DNA of 64,000 nt from Raillietiella orientalis (lineage: Eukaryota): positions 1,674,001-1,738,000 of the forward strand of contig JAYWIR010000010.1 in NCBI GenBank assembly GCA_036172245.1, in the 5' to 3' direction. Positions 49,700-62,891 of this stretch are shown piece after piece (within the stretch, counting starts at the first letter, position 1; each line of letters opens with the position of its first letter). The notes under the pieces are model-generated. The model had not been told where the DNA came from. It did no database searches and saw nothing but the letters and a program-made list of their open reading frames with translations. The position numbers were made by a program, and so were the translations under genes.

Positions 49700-51400
49700 G
49701 TGGGTGACACCGCACCAAATGACGGTGTCACAGTGACGAGGACAACGACAACGTGGAAGCAGCTTGTTACGTAACTTGGGGGGGAGGCGCTGCCTCGACT
49801 CTTCCCCTGTTCCTGCCACCGGGAGATAGGTGAATCCGAGGCGGAAGTCAGGTTGACCCTGAGGCTCCTCGCGGTCACTTCCGAAGTGCTTGCGACGCCC
49901 GAGGCAGGCCAAACATGACCTCGCTCCTCCGGAACCGGCCGAAGAATCATGCGTGCCTTCTAGCAGTGGTTGTGGCGTCCCAAGGATCCAGGAGCTCTCC
50001 GGGAAGTGCAAGACCGACCGCTCATCCCACGCTGGAGCAGGGGGTAGGATGTTCCAGACCAAGGAAGAGAAGATCCTCCATCCTGTTGCTAGAGGATGGT
50101 TTCGGAAGTCGGAGACCGTCCTCAGTGAGCCCTCAGTGGGACCGACTCTCACTAGGATTCCCAAGGAAGGAGGGAAAAGAACGTCCGTCAGAAGGCTTGA
50201 AACTTCTTGAGGTCGAGAGATGAGGAGGAGAGTACGGGGGACAGAAGAGGAGTGGTACGGCAGAAAGAAGCTACCTGTAGAAAGCAGGAAGGTGCTCACC
50301 TCATGTCTTCTCACTTGAAAGGAAAAAATGGCGCAAAGACTCCTCAGCTGGTTCGGAGAAGGAGCTGCCGGAATCTGCTGGGATTGGAGGAAGATCGGAC
50401 GAAGAGATGTCTACTCGTCCTCCTCCTCCTTCTATGCAGATCCTTTTCCCCCTCCTGCCTCCTTGTCGTCATCATTGAATAGGAAACAAATTTCCCAAGG
50501 ATAATGCAGCGGCCGCGAATTCTTCTCTTTTTCCTACCCTCAAGCAGCAGAGTCCATTGCTCTTGGAATCAAAGAGTTCCTTCTGACAGATCTCTTCAGA
50601 GGATTTCAACAGGGATCACTGCAGCCGTCTCTGGGAACGAGAAGGGAAAGGGACAGCACATGTTCCCCCCCCCCTTATGCACCACCTACGTCGGCAATGC
50701 CACACTGAAGGGGCATCTCAAGTTGCTCGAATCGGCGTTTGCCTCGCTCTGCAGATGCTGAAACAGTGAGATGGCAGCTCCGTCCCCTCAACCAGTGGAG
50801 CTGGCAGAGAGTCGGCGTTGGCGGTTGGAACATCCCGGAGAAATAGTTAGGGAGAGGAACGCACAAAGATCTTTTCCAGTTCGAAGCTTTAGCCCGTGCA
50901 GTCAATCCACATGATACTTTCTCTCCGAGCTCTGAGTCTGGAAGATCGATCTATCTTGGTAACTCATGAACCGCTCCACTGAAACTGGGAAAACGAGACC
51001 AAGGTAGTCGGGAGCAAGTCGGAGAGTTGGTTGATTCCGCCTCGCGGGAGGGCGGGGATTGGGATGGGATTGAGAGGGGAGGAGGAAAGACACTGGCGAT
51101 AGGAAGACTCCTCCTGGATTTCTCCCTGCGGCAGCATGCGAGCTCTCACGCTGGAAGGGGCAGCCCATGGCGGAGTCTCCTGAGTCTCCTTGGAGACGGC
51201 GGTGGGGACGGGTTTTCTCCACCGTTCCTGCAAGTCAGGTCGACGTGGACGGGTTCAGAAATGCTGAATCTCGAGCTCTCATCGGCTGCCTGAGAAGAAT
51301 CGATGGATCCGGGACGTCCCAGAACGGCATTCCAGTTTCTCTCCACCTTTCCCCCCTCCAGTGATCTGTGGAAAACAGTGGAAGCGGTTCTGGGAAAAGA
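49700..51400 (-). mobile_element. Degenerate L1/Tx1-like LINE (RT to C-terminus) between the K2P and IP3K 3' ends
   Basis: SIDSSQAAD (SIDFEKAFD-like), RLRHG-CP (RGLRQGCP), DYLGLVF, LP...KGGG, and a C-terminal H..W..ILG region. Confidence 0.55.
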
Positions 51401-53196
51401 TCTTTCAGATGGGGAGGAGATGGAGTGTCTTAGGTCCCCTCCCCTATTGTGTGGTCGATCGAGCCACTTGGACAGGACAGGAGTCGATGGTTCCCTTCAT
51501 GCTGACAGGGGGGAAGAGAGCAGTCACAGTTCTCCCGTTGCACTCACAGAGTTATGACTCCGTGGTGCCGAATCAGCTCATTAAGATACCATTCAAACGC
51601 GTGTGTGCTTACCTCTCCATGCTGATCTGAGTAGCTAAGGAGCACAAGAGCTCTGTGTCAGAAAGGCATGCAATCCCTGGAGCTCGAGTGGTTTCGGTTT
51701 TACTTACCCACGAAAACGATTCGAAGACTGCCACATGTGTTTACCATGGTCTTTTGCTTGCCTGCCACACAGATCAGCAGTGGGCTGCATCGAGATCTTC
51801 CTTGCTCGTTCTGCTTCTCGAAAGATGCTGCTTCTCGACTCCTGCTGATTGAGTGAAATACTTCTCCTCGTTAGTTTTCCAGACAGAAACGGAGTCCGTT
51901 AGTTATCTTGTTTCTGAGTACTTTGTTGGCTGGTCGGTTTTGAATTCGCTCAGATGACTCCCAAACAAGGAACATCCAAAACAGAGAGGTACCTTACTTC
52001 CGGTAGACTAAAAGAACGAGGCTCTGGTTAGCTGCTGGATCGAAAAGACGCCTATAAGATCGAGCAAAAAGTCTCTTGAGGTTTTCAACTTGAGCTCTCG
52101 CCAAACATTTGGACATCCCGCAAGAGTAAGAGAGATTCAAGGCAGCTGGTCAAAGAACACTCGCGTGCTGCAGCAGAAGTCGAACTCGAGCTTAGAAAGC
52201 CCTCCGCGATGAGCAGTCGCTGACCCGGTCGCACAAGAATTACCTTCCAGAAGTTCACGACCTTTGATGGGAGAGAGAGGCCTCCGGTAGCACCGGCGGA
52301 TGAAGATCCGGAGGACCGCATGTCCGGAGCAATAGGTGGCGGAACAAACTGAGCGGAGGCACCGGACTAAGAAAGCAGAGGAAATTCCTCCTTTTCTTCG
52401 TTTCGAAAAATGGACCTGCCTCCCTCTCCCATTTCCCAACTTCAGAGTGCTCCTTCAGCACGCCGTATTTTTTGAACCGTGCGCAAGACTGCTTGGGGAT
52501 GCACTCCCAGAGGAGATTCCTGTCCATCCGAAAAGGAATTCTATGGTTCCATTCATGGCTAAAAGTGAGTTCATCAGTTTTCCTTCTTATCCAGGTGAGA
52601 TGGGCTCGAATGAGTTTTTCTTATGGAAGGCTCAATTTTCAGCCAGCTCTCTTAAAGATCGCTACGCTTTTCAAAGTTTCCTCACCGCATGATACTGAGA
52701 CGAGGGAAACAAAGAGCAACGGTGGCCGCGGCTTGACGGTTTGGGAGCAACGATCATCGAAACCACTTGTTGCTGATGAGGAAGCTGTCTTCTCACAATC
52801 ATCTTTGTGATCCTCCTAAAAGTCGATGTGCTTTCGAGTTTTCCAGCGTTTTGAGCATCCCTTTCTTACGTAACGACGTCCTCCCACGAATAACCGATAT
52901 GTCAATCTTGAGAGTGCTAATTTCCTTGCACTCTGAGGTTCTATCGAGAGCAGCGTTTTTCTTTTCCATTTGTCTTTTTTGTCCTTCTGTGTGTCAAATC
53001 CGTCCTTTGCAAATGAGCATGAAGTTTTTCTGTGGAAATGTCAGCAGTAACTGCTTATTTTTTTCTCGTCAGTCTTTTCATTTTTGGTTAATACGACTAG
53101 AAAGGACATGGAAGGAGCTGTTCTTGCATACCTGAAATCTGGAATGTGTTACAGGAAAACGTCTTTAGATCAGTAAAAACGAGTCTTTCAAAGTCC

Positions 53197-53202
53197 TTTA
53201 TT
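53197..53202 (-). terminator. Candidate polyadenylation signal for IP3K
   Basis: TTTATT on + (AATAAA on -), about 180 nt downstream of the stop codon. Confidence 0.5.
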
Positions 53203-53379
53203 GTCTCCTAATTCAAAAGAGCGTGCGAGAGTATGTAATAACGATTTCGTCCAGAAAGATTTTTCGATCTCTAGTAGCGACGACTGAGCCCTCTTCCGTT
53301 ACTGGCTGAAGACACGTGCCGAATGAATGCAGCCATGTTTTCGATGCTACGAATAGGCGTTCCGGGACACGGCTTTCTC

Positions 53380-56300
53380 CTATAACCCATCGGCCAAGCT
53401 TTCCATTATGAGGATCAAGTGATCGAGTCCAATCAAGTAGCCATCTTCGTGGTTTCCTTGTTTCCATAGAGTGCAGTGTGTGATTTGTGTGTCTTTCGGA
53501 GTTGGAATCGTCTTGGCAAAGTCGATCAGCCACACGTTTGCTTGGTTGTGATCGTGGACGAACAGAAGAGACGTCCCGATCAACTGAAAAGCAGAGCGCC
53601 TATGACGACAGAGGCAAAGAGTGAAAAAATCCCGCAACGTCCCGCGAGGTTATGAATATCCTCTCTACGGTGCTTAGAAGCCGGAGAAGATACCCCCAAT
53701 TCTTTTTGTTAAGAAAAAGAGATGATGGGTATTTTAACGATTATTTTTGGTTTAGAAAACACTTACTTCGTGTGTAGAAAAGAATGGGGAAACAAGCAAT
53801 GTCTTCTGGATGGCTCTCAACCTCTGAAGGTATTTCATCTAATAATATTCGCAATAGAAGGAAATGTTGCTGGTGTTCATTACCGTAGCTTTTGGGTAAC
53901 CTCTCAGGAATGTATCAATGGTGTCCTTCACCTGGCTAAAGAGTTTCGTCTTCTTGAAGTCTTTGCATGGTTTCTCATCGCTTCTTCGGACCCCTTCTAT
54001 ACGAAACCCTAGATTCTCTGTAGACGATATGGATTCTCTCCAAACCATGTATCTGCGCAAATCAATGATGACTGGGTCAGGAAAATGGGAGCTACCTCGG
54101 CTTTGTCACGGCCTTGAGACAGTGTTCCTCTTCAGTAGGGGAAAGGGGATCTATCTGCACCATTTTGTCATACATGTCCTGGAAATTTCAACATCCTTCA
54201 CATTTTTCCCCCAGAATGACGATAATTAAAAGTGGAATGAAGAAATGCATGGAACACTCAGATGCCGGACCCTCCGTCCTCTCCCTCAAGCCTGAATTCC
54301 AAGACCCTTGCTACCCTATACCGTTTCCCTAATACTCTTCCGGCATCCCCTCACCATTCCTCTAGCATTTTCTCTATTTGATAGTCTCTTGCTATTCCTC
54401 TAATACTGTCCTGATCTTTCATCTCAACAGCGCAGGGATTATTCGCTTTGGGGGACCTCCCTTTTAGGTAATGATGATATTAAGTTCAGCTTAATCTTTG
54501 GTAAGGAAATTCTTAATCATCCCCTACTGAACCACAAGAATTTCATCCGGACACGATTTAAAGAAGAAAAAAAAAGAGGAAAGGCGCAGCCGGATTTGCT
54601 CTCCGGAACGTCTTATTGGTAAGAAAATTTGAGCTGCCGCCGTCGAGGAGGAAAGTTGGGAGGACTCGTGCAAAGCAGTCTTTCGCTGAAATCGTAAAGA
54701 CGAACCTTCCGGAACTTTGGTTTCTCTTTGGCTTTTTCCAGCTCTTCCTCCAGATAAGTTCTGGTGCCCATTTTGCAGTCCATGACGCACGGAGAGTCAA
54801 AGGTCGCAAGCAAATCCTCAATCTGTATATAATCTGGAGAGAAAATGAGATGACTCGGCAGGACCCACGAGAGGCAAGCGTACATTCCCCGTTCTCTCCC
54901 AGGACCTTTCCTCTGTATTCGGGGATGAAGGATTTCAGAGGGTCGCTCATGAGCTTCTCGAAACAGAGGGCTTCCCTCAGGTTGAATTTCTTTAGGATGG
55001 TCCCTCGCTCTTTGCCAGCCTTGAATCCACCTGAAACGTACCGAATCTTACAGACGGGAGTGGCAGTGTGGTCGCCCGGAAACGAGAGTCTCCCGCCTGC
55101 TTGGCTGCAGCTGCCCGACCACAAACGCAGCGAAAGTGCAGCTTGTCTCGTGGTCAAAGAGGGTTCAGACATATCCTAAAAGGATTTTTCCCGCGTCTTG
55201 CCTCGTGAACTGCATCAGCCGTGCTCGGGCCAGCACGGTTCGCGTCCCGGCATGGCGGAAGGCAGCGGGAGGACGTTAGAGGAGGCGCCAGTCCTAGTGA
55301 GGAAGAATTGAGGAAAAGACGATGGAAAGGGAATGTCTGGGAAAGAATAAGGATATTTTCTTCTCCTGTGCAGCAGCTTTCCAGGGATTGTGTTTTAGAC
55401 CTTCTTTACGGGAGAGGCTGGTGACGAGGAAAGCACGCGATCCGCATCTTCCAGAAAGGTACCCACCGTCTGGTAAACTAAAAGCGCGCCAATCCCTCAC
55501 TCCACCTTCTTCGCGCCACTTCGTGCCGAGGACCCCTAGAAGCTGATAAAGGACTCGCGGGAATAAGGGAACCGGTTCCTTGCTTCCTTCCTCTCCCTTC
55601 CTGCGACTTTACGTCTTCCCGGATGAGAAAACTTCCCGCCGAGAGGAACCAAGTGGGACAGAGCAGGATACTTCCTCGGATAGGCGGTAGGAGAGAAGAA
55701 AGGAAGAGAAAGGACGCGTACAGCCTCCCAGCATCGGAGCACCGCAGTACTTAGTGCATGCACGCGTGCGTTTCTCTCACCAGACGCGTCCTTCCTATCT
55801 TCGCGCCTGAGATCGAGATCCACTCGCCCACGAGCGGGAAAGGCGCAGGTGCGAGAATGACCTTCAGCAGAGCTCAACCATGGGGCTTGGGTGTCCCTGG
55901 AGCAGCGAGTCCAGAACCCAATGCCCCTCTCTTCCTCGCGATTCCCACCTGAGCCACGGCACGGGCATGAAAACTTACAAACAAAGAAAAAAAAAGGGTC
56001 AGGAGAATGAGCCAGGGCACGAGGAGCGGAGAGGAATGGGTCGCATCCCGGGAGAAGAAGAGAAGAATGTTCGGAGTTGGGACAGAGATCTCTCCTTCCC
56101 CCTTTCTCTAGGGCATATCCCCACCCACGCAAGAAATCGCCGCACCGCAGCATTCCGAAAAAGAGCTCCAAGCCGTCTGCTTTCCCTTCTGATGCCCAGA
56201 ACACCCTGAACAAGCGCGCACAATCCTCTCACTCACGGAAAAGCAACCCCTGGTTCGTTCCAGAGTAGCCTGGCAGCAGCATGATCACGGAGTCCTGCCC

Positions 56301-59300
56301 AGTCACGCCTTTCGCTCAAAGGTGAAGGAGGTGGCTTCTGTCCTCGGCACTCTTATGCTCCTAGGCTAGTCCGCTTCGGATAGGGAGTTCAGGAAAAATG
56401 ACCTGTAGGGGGAGGGGGGGGAACCATTCACCGAATGGAGACATTCGGAATAGGGTACAAGGAAAACCCACCGAGGGACAGAGGCTGATTCCTGGACTTC
56501 ACAAGAGGTTCCCCAAGTGAACGGCCCGAGTGTCTCTTTATGGAAGCTTGAAGCAAAAGGTCGTAGGAAGAGACTCTCCTCCTTCTCTCCCTATTTTCCA
56601 TGGGGACATCGGCCAAAGGAGAAAAAAAAAATCGACTTTCCCTTTCAGCCGTGCAGTGCACTCATGGGGTGAGGGCGAGGGAGGAGCCCTAGAGTAGGTG
56701 AGCAGAACAGGAAGGAGGAGAGATTGAACTTCTGTGGATCAGAATGCCACGGCGCAGAGGATCATCCTCGAAGTGGTCGTCGTTCCATGGTCCCGGCAAC
56801 GATGAGGAGCGCGAGTGAAGAGCAAGAAGGGTAAAGAACTTTCTGCTAATCTCATCTCCTGCCTTCTCCCCTGTAACTGCACTCTTCTCCCCCTTTTCCC
56901 CATCCCTTTTCCTCGTCGTCCTCCTCTTCCCATGTAATTTCCAAGTTGCGATCTCCACGGGGCCAAGGAGGACGGCGGAAATCGCTTGGAGCTGCGAGTC
57001 TCCACCGGGAAATTAGTGAGGTCACGAGAAGGCCGTAGGCAGGAAATTGCTTACTGCGCTGCCAGGTCAACGACCGCACCCAGTCAGCGAAAGGGAATCC
57101 GGTGGGTAGCGAGCGTTCCCCTCCGGGAAGCCACTGTTTAGAGGTCACGGAGTGCAGCTCTTCCCTTCACCACCTCCCGTTTCTTGGGGCAGGCAAAGAG
57201 ACAGGAAAAAGACGGGAGAGCACTTCTAGGTCACAGGAGGACCGAGGAGAGAAAGAAGCTCTGACCCCGTGAGGAAGCATTGGGGCAGCAGAGCTCCTGA
57301 AGAAGCATTCCGCACTGGCACTAAAGTTGGGAGGCAGGGAGTCTGGAAGAAGAAGGAAAGGGAGGATCGTGGAAGACGAGAGGTCCCATCTAGCGGATGG
57401 GCATCTGGCGGTAGCAGCCCAGGAGGGACCAGGAGAAGCGTCAATGACAGAGGGGAGTCGAGGTCGCGGGGGACGCGATCCCAAAAGCGGAAAGGGGAGA
57501 CAAGATGTAAAGAGGGATGAGGGAATGGAAGGGGTCGCGTAAAAGTGTGAGACTGAGAGAAGAACCAGACATACGGAAGAGGACCTTCGTTAGAGGCTCT
57601 GTGATTCGGCGGACGACAGAAGGAAGAGTACTCCTACCCTCACCTGCCCCTCACTCCCATCGTCTTCCCCAGCGGAGCAGCGCCAAGGGCAGCTGGGTCA
57701 AGAGCCGGCCACTACCCTCGGGTTCCTCTCCTTCTAGGAAGCGGTCACTGCTTAGCATGCTCAGCATCGCCCGCTGCAGACCCGAGAGGAGTCCCGAGGC
57801 AGTGGGAAGCCCGTCCAGGAAGAAAGGAGTTTGGGCCAGGCGAGAGCACTCACCTTGATGGCCGGCGAGCTGGACCCACGGATACTTGCATTTCTTGTAC
57901 GTCTGGAATAGGGGAGCGCAGTGCACCACGGCTTTCAGCTTGTTCCAAGTGGACACCTGGAACGCAAACCTCCGGTCAAAAGCGGACAGCGCCCACCAGA
58001 GTTGGCGACGGAGAGCTGCGGTGGAGACCCTTCCGCGCTCTTCTCGGATCGCAGCGGAACGGAAGGGAAAGAAGAGCTGTTTAACGCCTTTCCTCCCCCC
58101 TCCCTTCTTCTCGAGTCTTTCGGGCCTTCCGATGCGGCTCGGCGATCGACGGCGCAGGCGCCACTCGCGCGCGGTTGCGTGCTTGCGCCCTCGAGCAGGA
58201 GGGCATGACCTCACTCGGACAGGAGAGCAGCACACGCGTGCGTCCTTCACACCATCCCCGCTTTCCCCGCTCGGATGAGCGCGCACGCGGAACACCCACG
58301 CGAGCCAGGAACACAACGTCGGACCGCGCCTCCCGCAGCGGGCTAGCGTGTGATGACCGGCCACCGCCGCGGGGTCGTAGGCGGCGCGAGAGTGACGGCT
58401 GGGCGACAGAGTGTCGAAATGCCTCTACTGGAGGCGCCGGGGTTCTCGTTGGCTTCGGGCGACGAGGGGCGAGCTCTTCGGACAGGGGCGAACAACGAGA
58501 ACCTCTGCAGCCAGCTCGGATTCTGAGGAGCTCAGGGCGAGGGGCTCAGGAGAGTAGAGCTTCTTCCCTAAGAAAGGTTCGTTTCCGTGGTCGCATTTCG
58601 AGATCGATACATCGCAGCGCTCTGGAGGACCCATGGCCGTGTCAAGAAAGGCCGTCTTTGGCCCTGAGAATATAGGCGGGACGAGGCGGAGGCGGACAAG
58701 AGCGACAGCCGTATGGGCGATCTTCCATGGGCCTATGGGCAACAGTTGCCCCGAGGCACGGCGACGACCGCCCTCATCACCATCGCCACATAGAAGTGTG
58801 GAGGAAGGCTTTCCGGAGGCGGGTGGGAAGGACTGGTGCTACCTTGCGACTTGGAATCCAGCCTCAGCCTCCAAGAACGTTGATGGGACTGATCAGCAGG
58901 AAGCGAAGCGCCTATACGGACGGTGAACCACCTCTTTCGGAATTCCCGGCTCTCGCTACGGGAGTTCTTCGCTCCCTCCGGTGTTCCGTCCGCCGCTAGT
59001 GGTCCTGGATCTTTCAAAGCATGCAAGAAGCCAAAAGCCCCCTAAACAGTTCAAGTCAGTTCTGGCGGGTGAGGAATTAAGTGCCACAGGGTAGACACGG
59101 AGGGAGGGGATGGATCCACCGTGAGATCCGAAGCGATGGCAGAGCCGAACGCGTCGGCGGGGAAAGGACACAGGAAGTCAGCGATCTCTGTGAATACATG
59201 CCGACGGCCAGCTCATTCCGTTGACGCTTTCCCAACGCGCCCTCGACCTCTCCCCTCCGCCCCAGGCATGCACCAGAGTCTGTCTCACGCGCACCGGCGG

Positions 59301-62229
59301 CCAGGATAGGTCCGCGGAAAATCGGCGGCGACTGCGGCACCATCCTCTGGAAGATTCCGCATCTCGGGAAGTTAGGGAGAAGGAGTCTCGCCGGGCTTCA
59401 TGGAGGCAAAGGGGAACCTCAGCAGGTTATGCCTGCATATCCCAACTCCCTTCCCCGTGACCTTGTTTCACGGGAGGGAAAACTACCCCAGCGGGAAGAG
59501 GCGTGCCCCATCCTTCCTTCTCTCTACCGGCTTCCCTCTTTCGTCCAAGATAAGCAGCCACGAAATGAATGACGAAGAAGCGACGGACCCACGGAGGGCT
59601 CCGCAGGAGGGAGTCAGATAAAACCCGCGTTTCTCTTCCGCGGGTAAGGAAGGGATGAAGGTGTGTGAGGAAGAAGGGAGGAATGAGGGAAGATCATGGG
59701 GCGAGTAGACAACTCCTGAGCGTTTCCCGCTTCTCTTCCTACGCACGCCTTTCCTTCGACACGGGGAGGGCGACCACTCGGACGGACTCGTGAACCCGGA
59801 AGCGAGCCCTTCGCTTTCCTGAATCCCTCGCCGTCTGCTTCCCTCTCTCCCTTTTTCCCGTTCTTGGCCTGTAACCTCGCCTCTAGGACGTGAGGAGAGG
59901 CACCCGGACTGCATGAACGAGGAAACTTCGAGGTCAGGAATCCCTGCCAGAGAATTCCCTGGAGATGTTACCGGGAAAAAATTCTCCTGCACTCTCCTTT
60001 GTCTCTGGACCGCTGAGTGTGGCGGGGCGAGAGCGCAACTTCCGGGAAGAATCCAGGAAATGCTCCTACCGGGAGGAAATCAAGAAGAATCGCGGAACTG
60101 CTAGGTGGGCGTCGCTAGCGGAAGTGGAAACGCGAGACGGGATCAAGAGGCCACATCGGAAGGTCACCTGTAGCAGATCCGGGACTCCCCAGATCTGCCG
60201 CAGGTGCGCTGGGAGAAGGGCACAGTTCCTCCGTCCTCCTGATCCTGGAAGACTGAAGGGGAAGGGAAGTGACCAGCCCGAATCCGAGCAGCGGGAGGCA
60301 CAGCGGTGACCCAGTTGAGGGTGGTGGCGGAAAGAATTCTCGGGAGTGGAGCTGCGCGCCCTCCTTCCCCCTTCCCCTCCCCGGCACGCAGATGTCGACC
60401 TCGCCTTCTCGGCGAACGAGGAAGACTTTCGTTCCATCTTCTGAGCCTTCCGGAGACAGAGAAGCTGAGACGGAGACCTGCAACCTGGCACATCTCTGGA
60501 GGGTTCCGAAAGGCAAGAGGTCTTCTCGGCTTTCCAGGGAGCCCGCACAATTGACATCGGCTTCCGACACTCCTGATCTCCAATCTGATTCCGCTTTTTT
60601 TTCCCCTCCCCTTTGAGAGGGCGTTCGAATCCTGCAGAATCATCATCACTATTTTTCAATGGTGCGGACAACTCTCAGAAACTTCCCGCTCTCCGGAGGA
60701 CCGGTGGAGGACTTCATCCCTTCCCCATCCTCCATTCCAAGCTCCCCGCGGGCTGGGTTGCTTTCTGCTCTCCCTTCGCTTCCGGCCCTGATTTAAGGTC
60801 TTCTTGTGCCCGGTCCTCATCGTCAGATCGCCCGAGAGCGTCGAAGCTGGTTTGGATGGGGAATGGGCGAGGGACTGGGAGAGAAAGGGCTTCGCGCTTC
60901 CCGGGGATCGGATCAGAGAGCAGAGTGAGAGCGAAACAGCTAAGGAAGGAAGTAAAAGTGGCGAGCCCAGCGGGCCGGGGGAGAGCGATTCAGAGGGCTC
61001 CCGAGCGGGGTTCGCTCTCCGTTTCCGCCACCGAAGGCACGAGCTCTACAACGCGATCCCATTCCCTTCCCCCCTGCCGCATCAGCGTCTCCCGAGCCCC
61101 GCGAGGATGCGACTGCCGGAAGCTCTCAGACTGAGTTCCCAGAACAACCCGTCCTGCAAAGGGGAAGAGGGGCTCCCGCCTGCGACGCCCTCCCTCTCTT
61201 CAGCACCGCTTCCTCTCCGCCCAATCCCTCGGCTAGATGGTCTTGTTGGGAAGCAGTGGAGCTCGGAATTCCGGGCGGAACCGCTCGGAACCTGCGACTA
61301 CCTAGGGAAAGTGACCCTGGAAGGAGATCAGGGGAAGAATTGGAGTGGCTTCACCTTCGACGGGAGGCTCCGCCGTCCACCCCATCCTCCGTGCATCTCA
61401 TGCGTCCCAGACATCCGGTGCCCGCAGGAAATCCCAAACTTCCCTTTCCGGCAGATCGATGCCCGTCTTTTCGGCGACAAAGGAGAGGTCATCGAGTCTC
61501 TTCCCTATGTTCCCTGGTAGGGCGCACCACCAGGGAGCGGAAGAGCGAGGCCCGTCGCACACACCCTACTGGCGCCTCTGAGCACACGAGGGTTGACCCC
61601 CGTTCTTCCTCTCCCTCTAGGTATGAAGTCCCGGGAGGTTCCCGTCCTTATCCTCAATGGCTTCCCCGTCTCCTCTCCCGCGTGTGTGCACGCCCTTCTG
61701 TCCCTTTCCCCCCTGAGGGACGCACCGCAACTCCACCGCTCCGAGGCATGTTGGAAGGCGGGAGCAGAGCTCGCGAGAAGACGCCGACAGCATCTAAAGA
61801 GGAGGGGGTCGGACCCGAGGAAGAATCCGGAATCGCTCCTGGGGGAGGAGGGATTCCGGATGGGGAGACAGGGAGGGGGAGGACTCAGGACGGGAGACGG
61901 TCCGGCTCTCCGATCGGAAAGGTGGGGAGGCATCTCCGGTGAAGTGGGACGCGCGGTTCCTCCCGGGAGGGAGGTTGCCCGGAGGCGAAGCGACTTTCTC
62001 GGGCTGAAGGAAACCGGTAGGGAAGAGGGGGAAGGCAAGCAAAGACCTGGTGTACCTTCTCTTCGCACAGGTCGACCGTCTTCAAGTCCTCGAGGGATCT
62101 CGTCTCCCACTCAGAGCTGCTGCCGCTGCTGCTGCTGCTGCTACCGTCAGAAATCCTCCGCTCCCACTCGAAGCGTTTCCCGGAAGGGTCGCATTCTCTC
62201 CTTCCGTCAGGCGGCGCTGCCGTCGACAT
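53380..62229 (-). CDS. IP3K2: Inositol-1,4,5-trisphosphate 3-kinase (IP3K2/ITPK-like), 8 exons, ~359 aa (401 aa if the in-frame ATG at 62355 is used)
   Basis: Minus-strand exons 62229-62056, 57956-57854, 55030-54884, 54833-54706, 54178-54096, 54052-53884, 53838-53767, 53583-53380, all GT-AG and in phase. Motifs: calmodulin-binding-like [37 protein letters not shown] (PxxxDxKxG), [48 protein letters not shown]. Exon 1 is the least certain. Confidence 0.93.
58400..60700 (-). mobile_element. Degenerate L1/Tx1-like LINE relic in IP3K intron 1
   Basis: ADVNC (GDFNC-like), [35 protein letters not shown]. Confidence 0.35.
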
Positions 62230-62645
62230 CGGGGCGCGATCGCCGCCGACTGCGAGGGGGAAGGGGAGCGGGAAGGACGGACTGGGGGCAGTGCGGGGCG
62301 GCCACACGGAGGCTAGAAGTGCGCGCGCACGTACGCGGCGCACGCGGACCGGCATCCGACTGAGCTCGCACGTGGTGGTTCGCCTTCGCCGCGCCTCCGC
62401 GACGATGCGGCTGAAACAGCGGGCGAGAGCGCAGGCGTGAGCTCAGGGATGCCGTGGCTGCCGTGGCAACTGCCTCTCTCCCCCTCCCCCTCCCTTCCCT
62501 TCCCTCCGCTGCCGCCGGCGCAGCGCGAGCTGCGCGCATCCCCCTTCCTCCTCCTCCCTTTCTCCTTCCCTCCCCGTGTGCGTGTGCACACCGTTCCGTC
62601 CCTTTCCCCCCTGAGGGACGCACCCCACCCCCACCGCTCCGAGGC
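61670..62645 (+). repeat. ~78-bp direct repeat pair (61670-61747 and 62568-62645) flanking IP3K exon 1
   Basis: Identical 27-nt core gtccctttcccccctgagggacgcacc at 61700-61726 and 62598-62624, with shared gtgtgcac upstream and ccaccgctccgaggc downstream. Confidence 0.9.
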
Positions 62646-62745
62646 TCGAGAGAGCGCCTGGGGACGGCCGAGCAGCAGAGACCGCAGCGCGTGCTCGCTC
62701 AACGACCTCCTCCTTTTCATCACCATCACCATCCTTTTTCCTCAA

Positions 62746-62748
<3 letters not shown>

Positions 62749-62776
<28 letters not shown>

Positions 62777-62793
62777 ATCATCATCATCATCAC
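62749..62793 (+). repeat. Compound microsatellite (CCT)n(CAT)n
   Basis: Read directly from the sequence. Confidence 0.9.
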
Positions 62794-62891
62794 CGTCTTT
62801 TTTCTTCCTTTTCTCGTGCAGCAGACCTACTCTCTCCTTTGGCACGCGCCTCCGTGCGCGAGAAGGCGATGGAAGGGCGTCGCATGTTTCA

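Noticed and set aside
49403..50314. 303-aa minus-strand ORF as a host gene
   Set aside because: Overlaps a decayed L1-like relic and low-complexity sequence; no coherent domain or splice structure.
51600..52800. Possible RTE-like LINE relic on the plus strand
   Set aside because: Only vague motif resemblance (KKAEEIP, SMVPFMAK..SYP), too weak to report as a feature.
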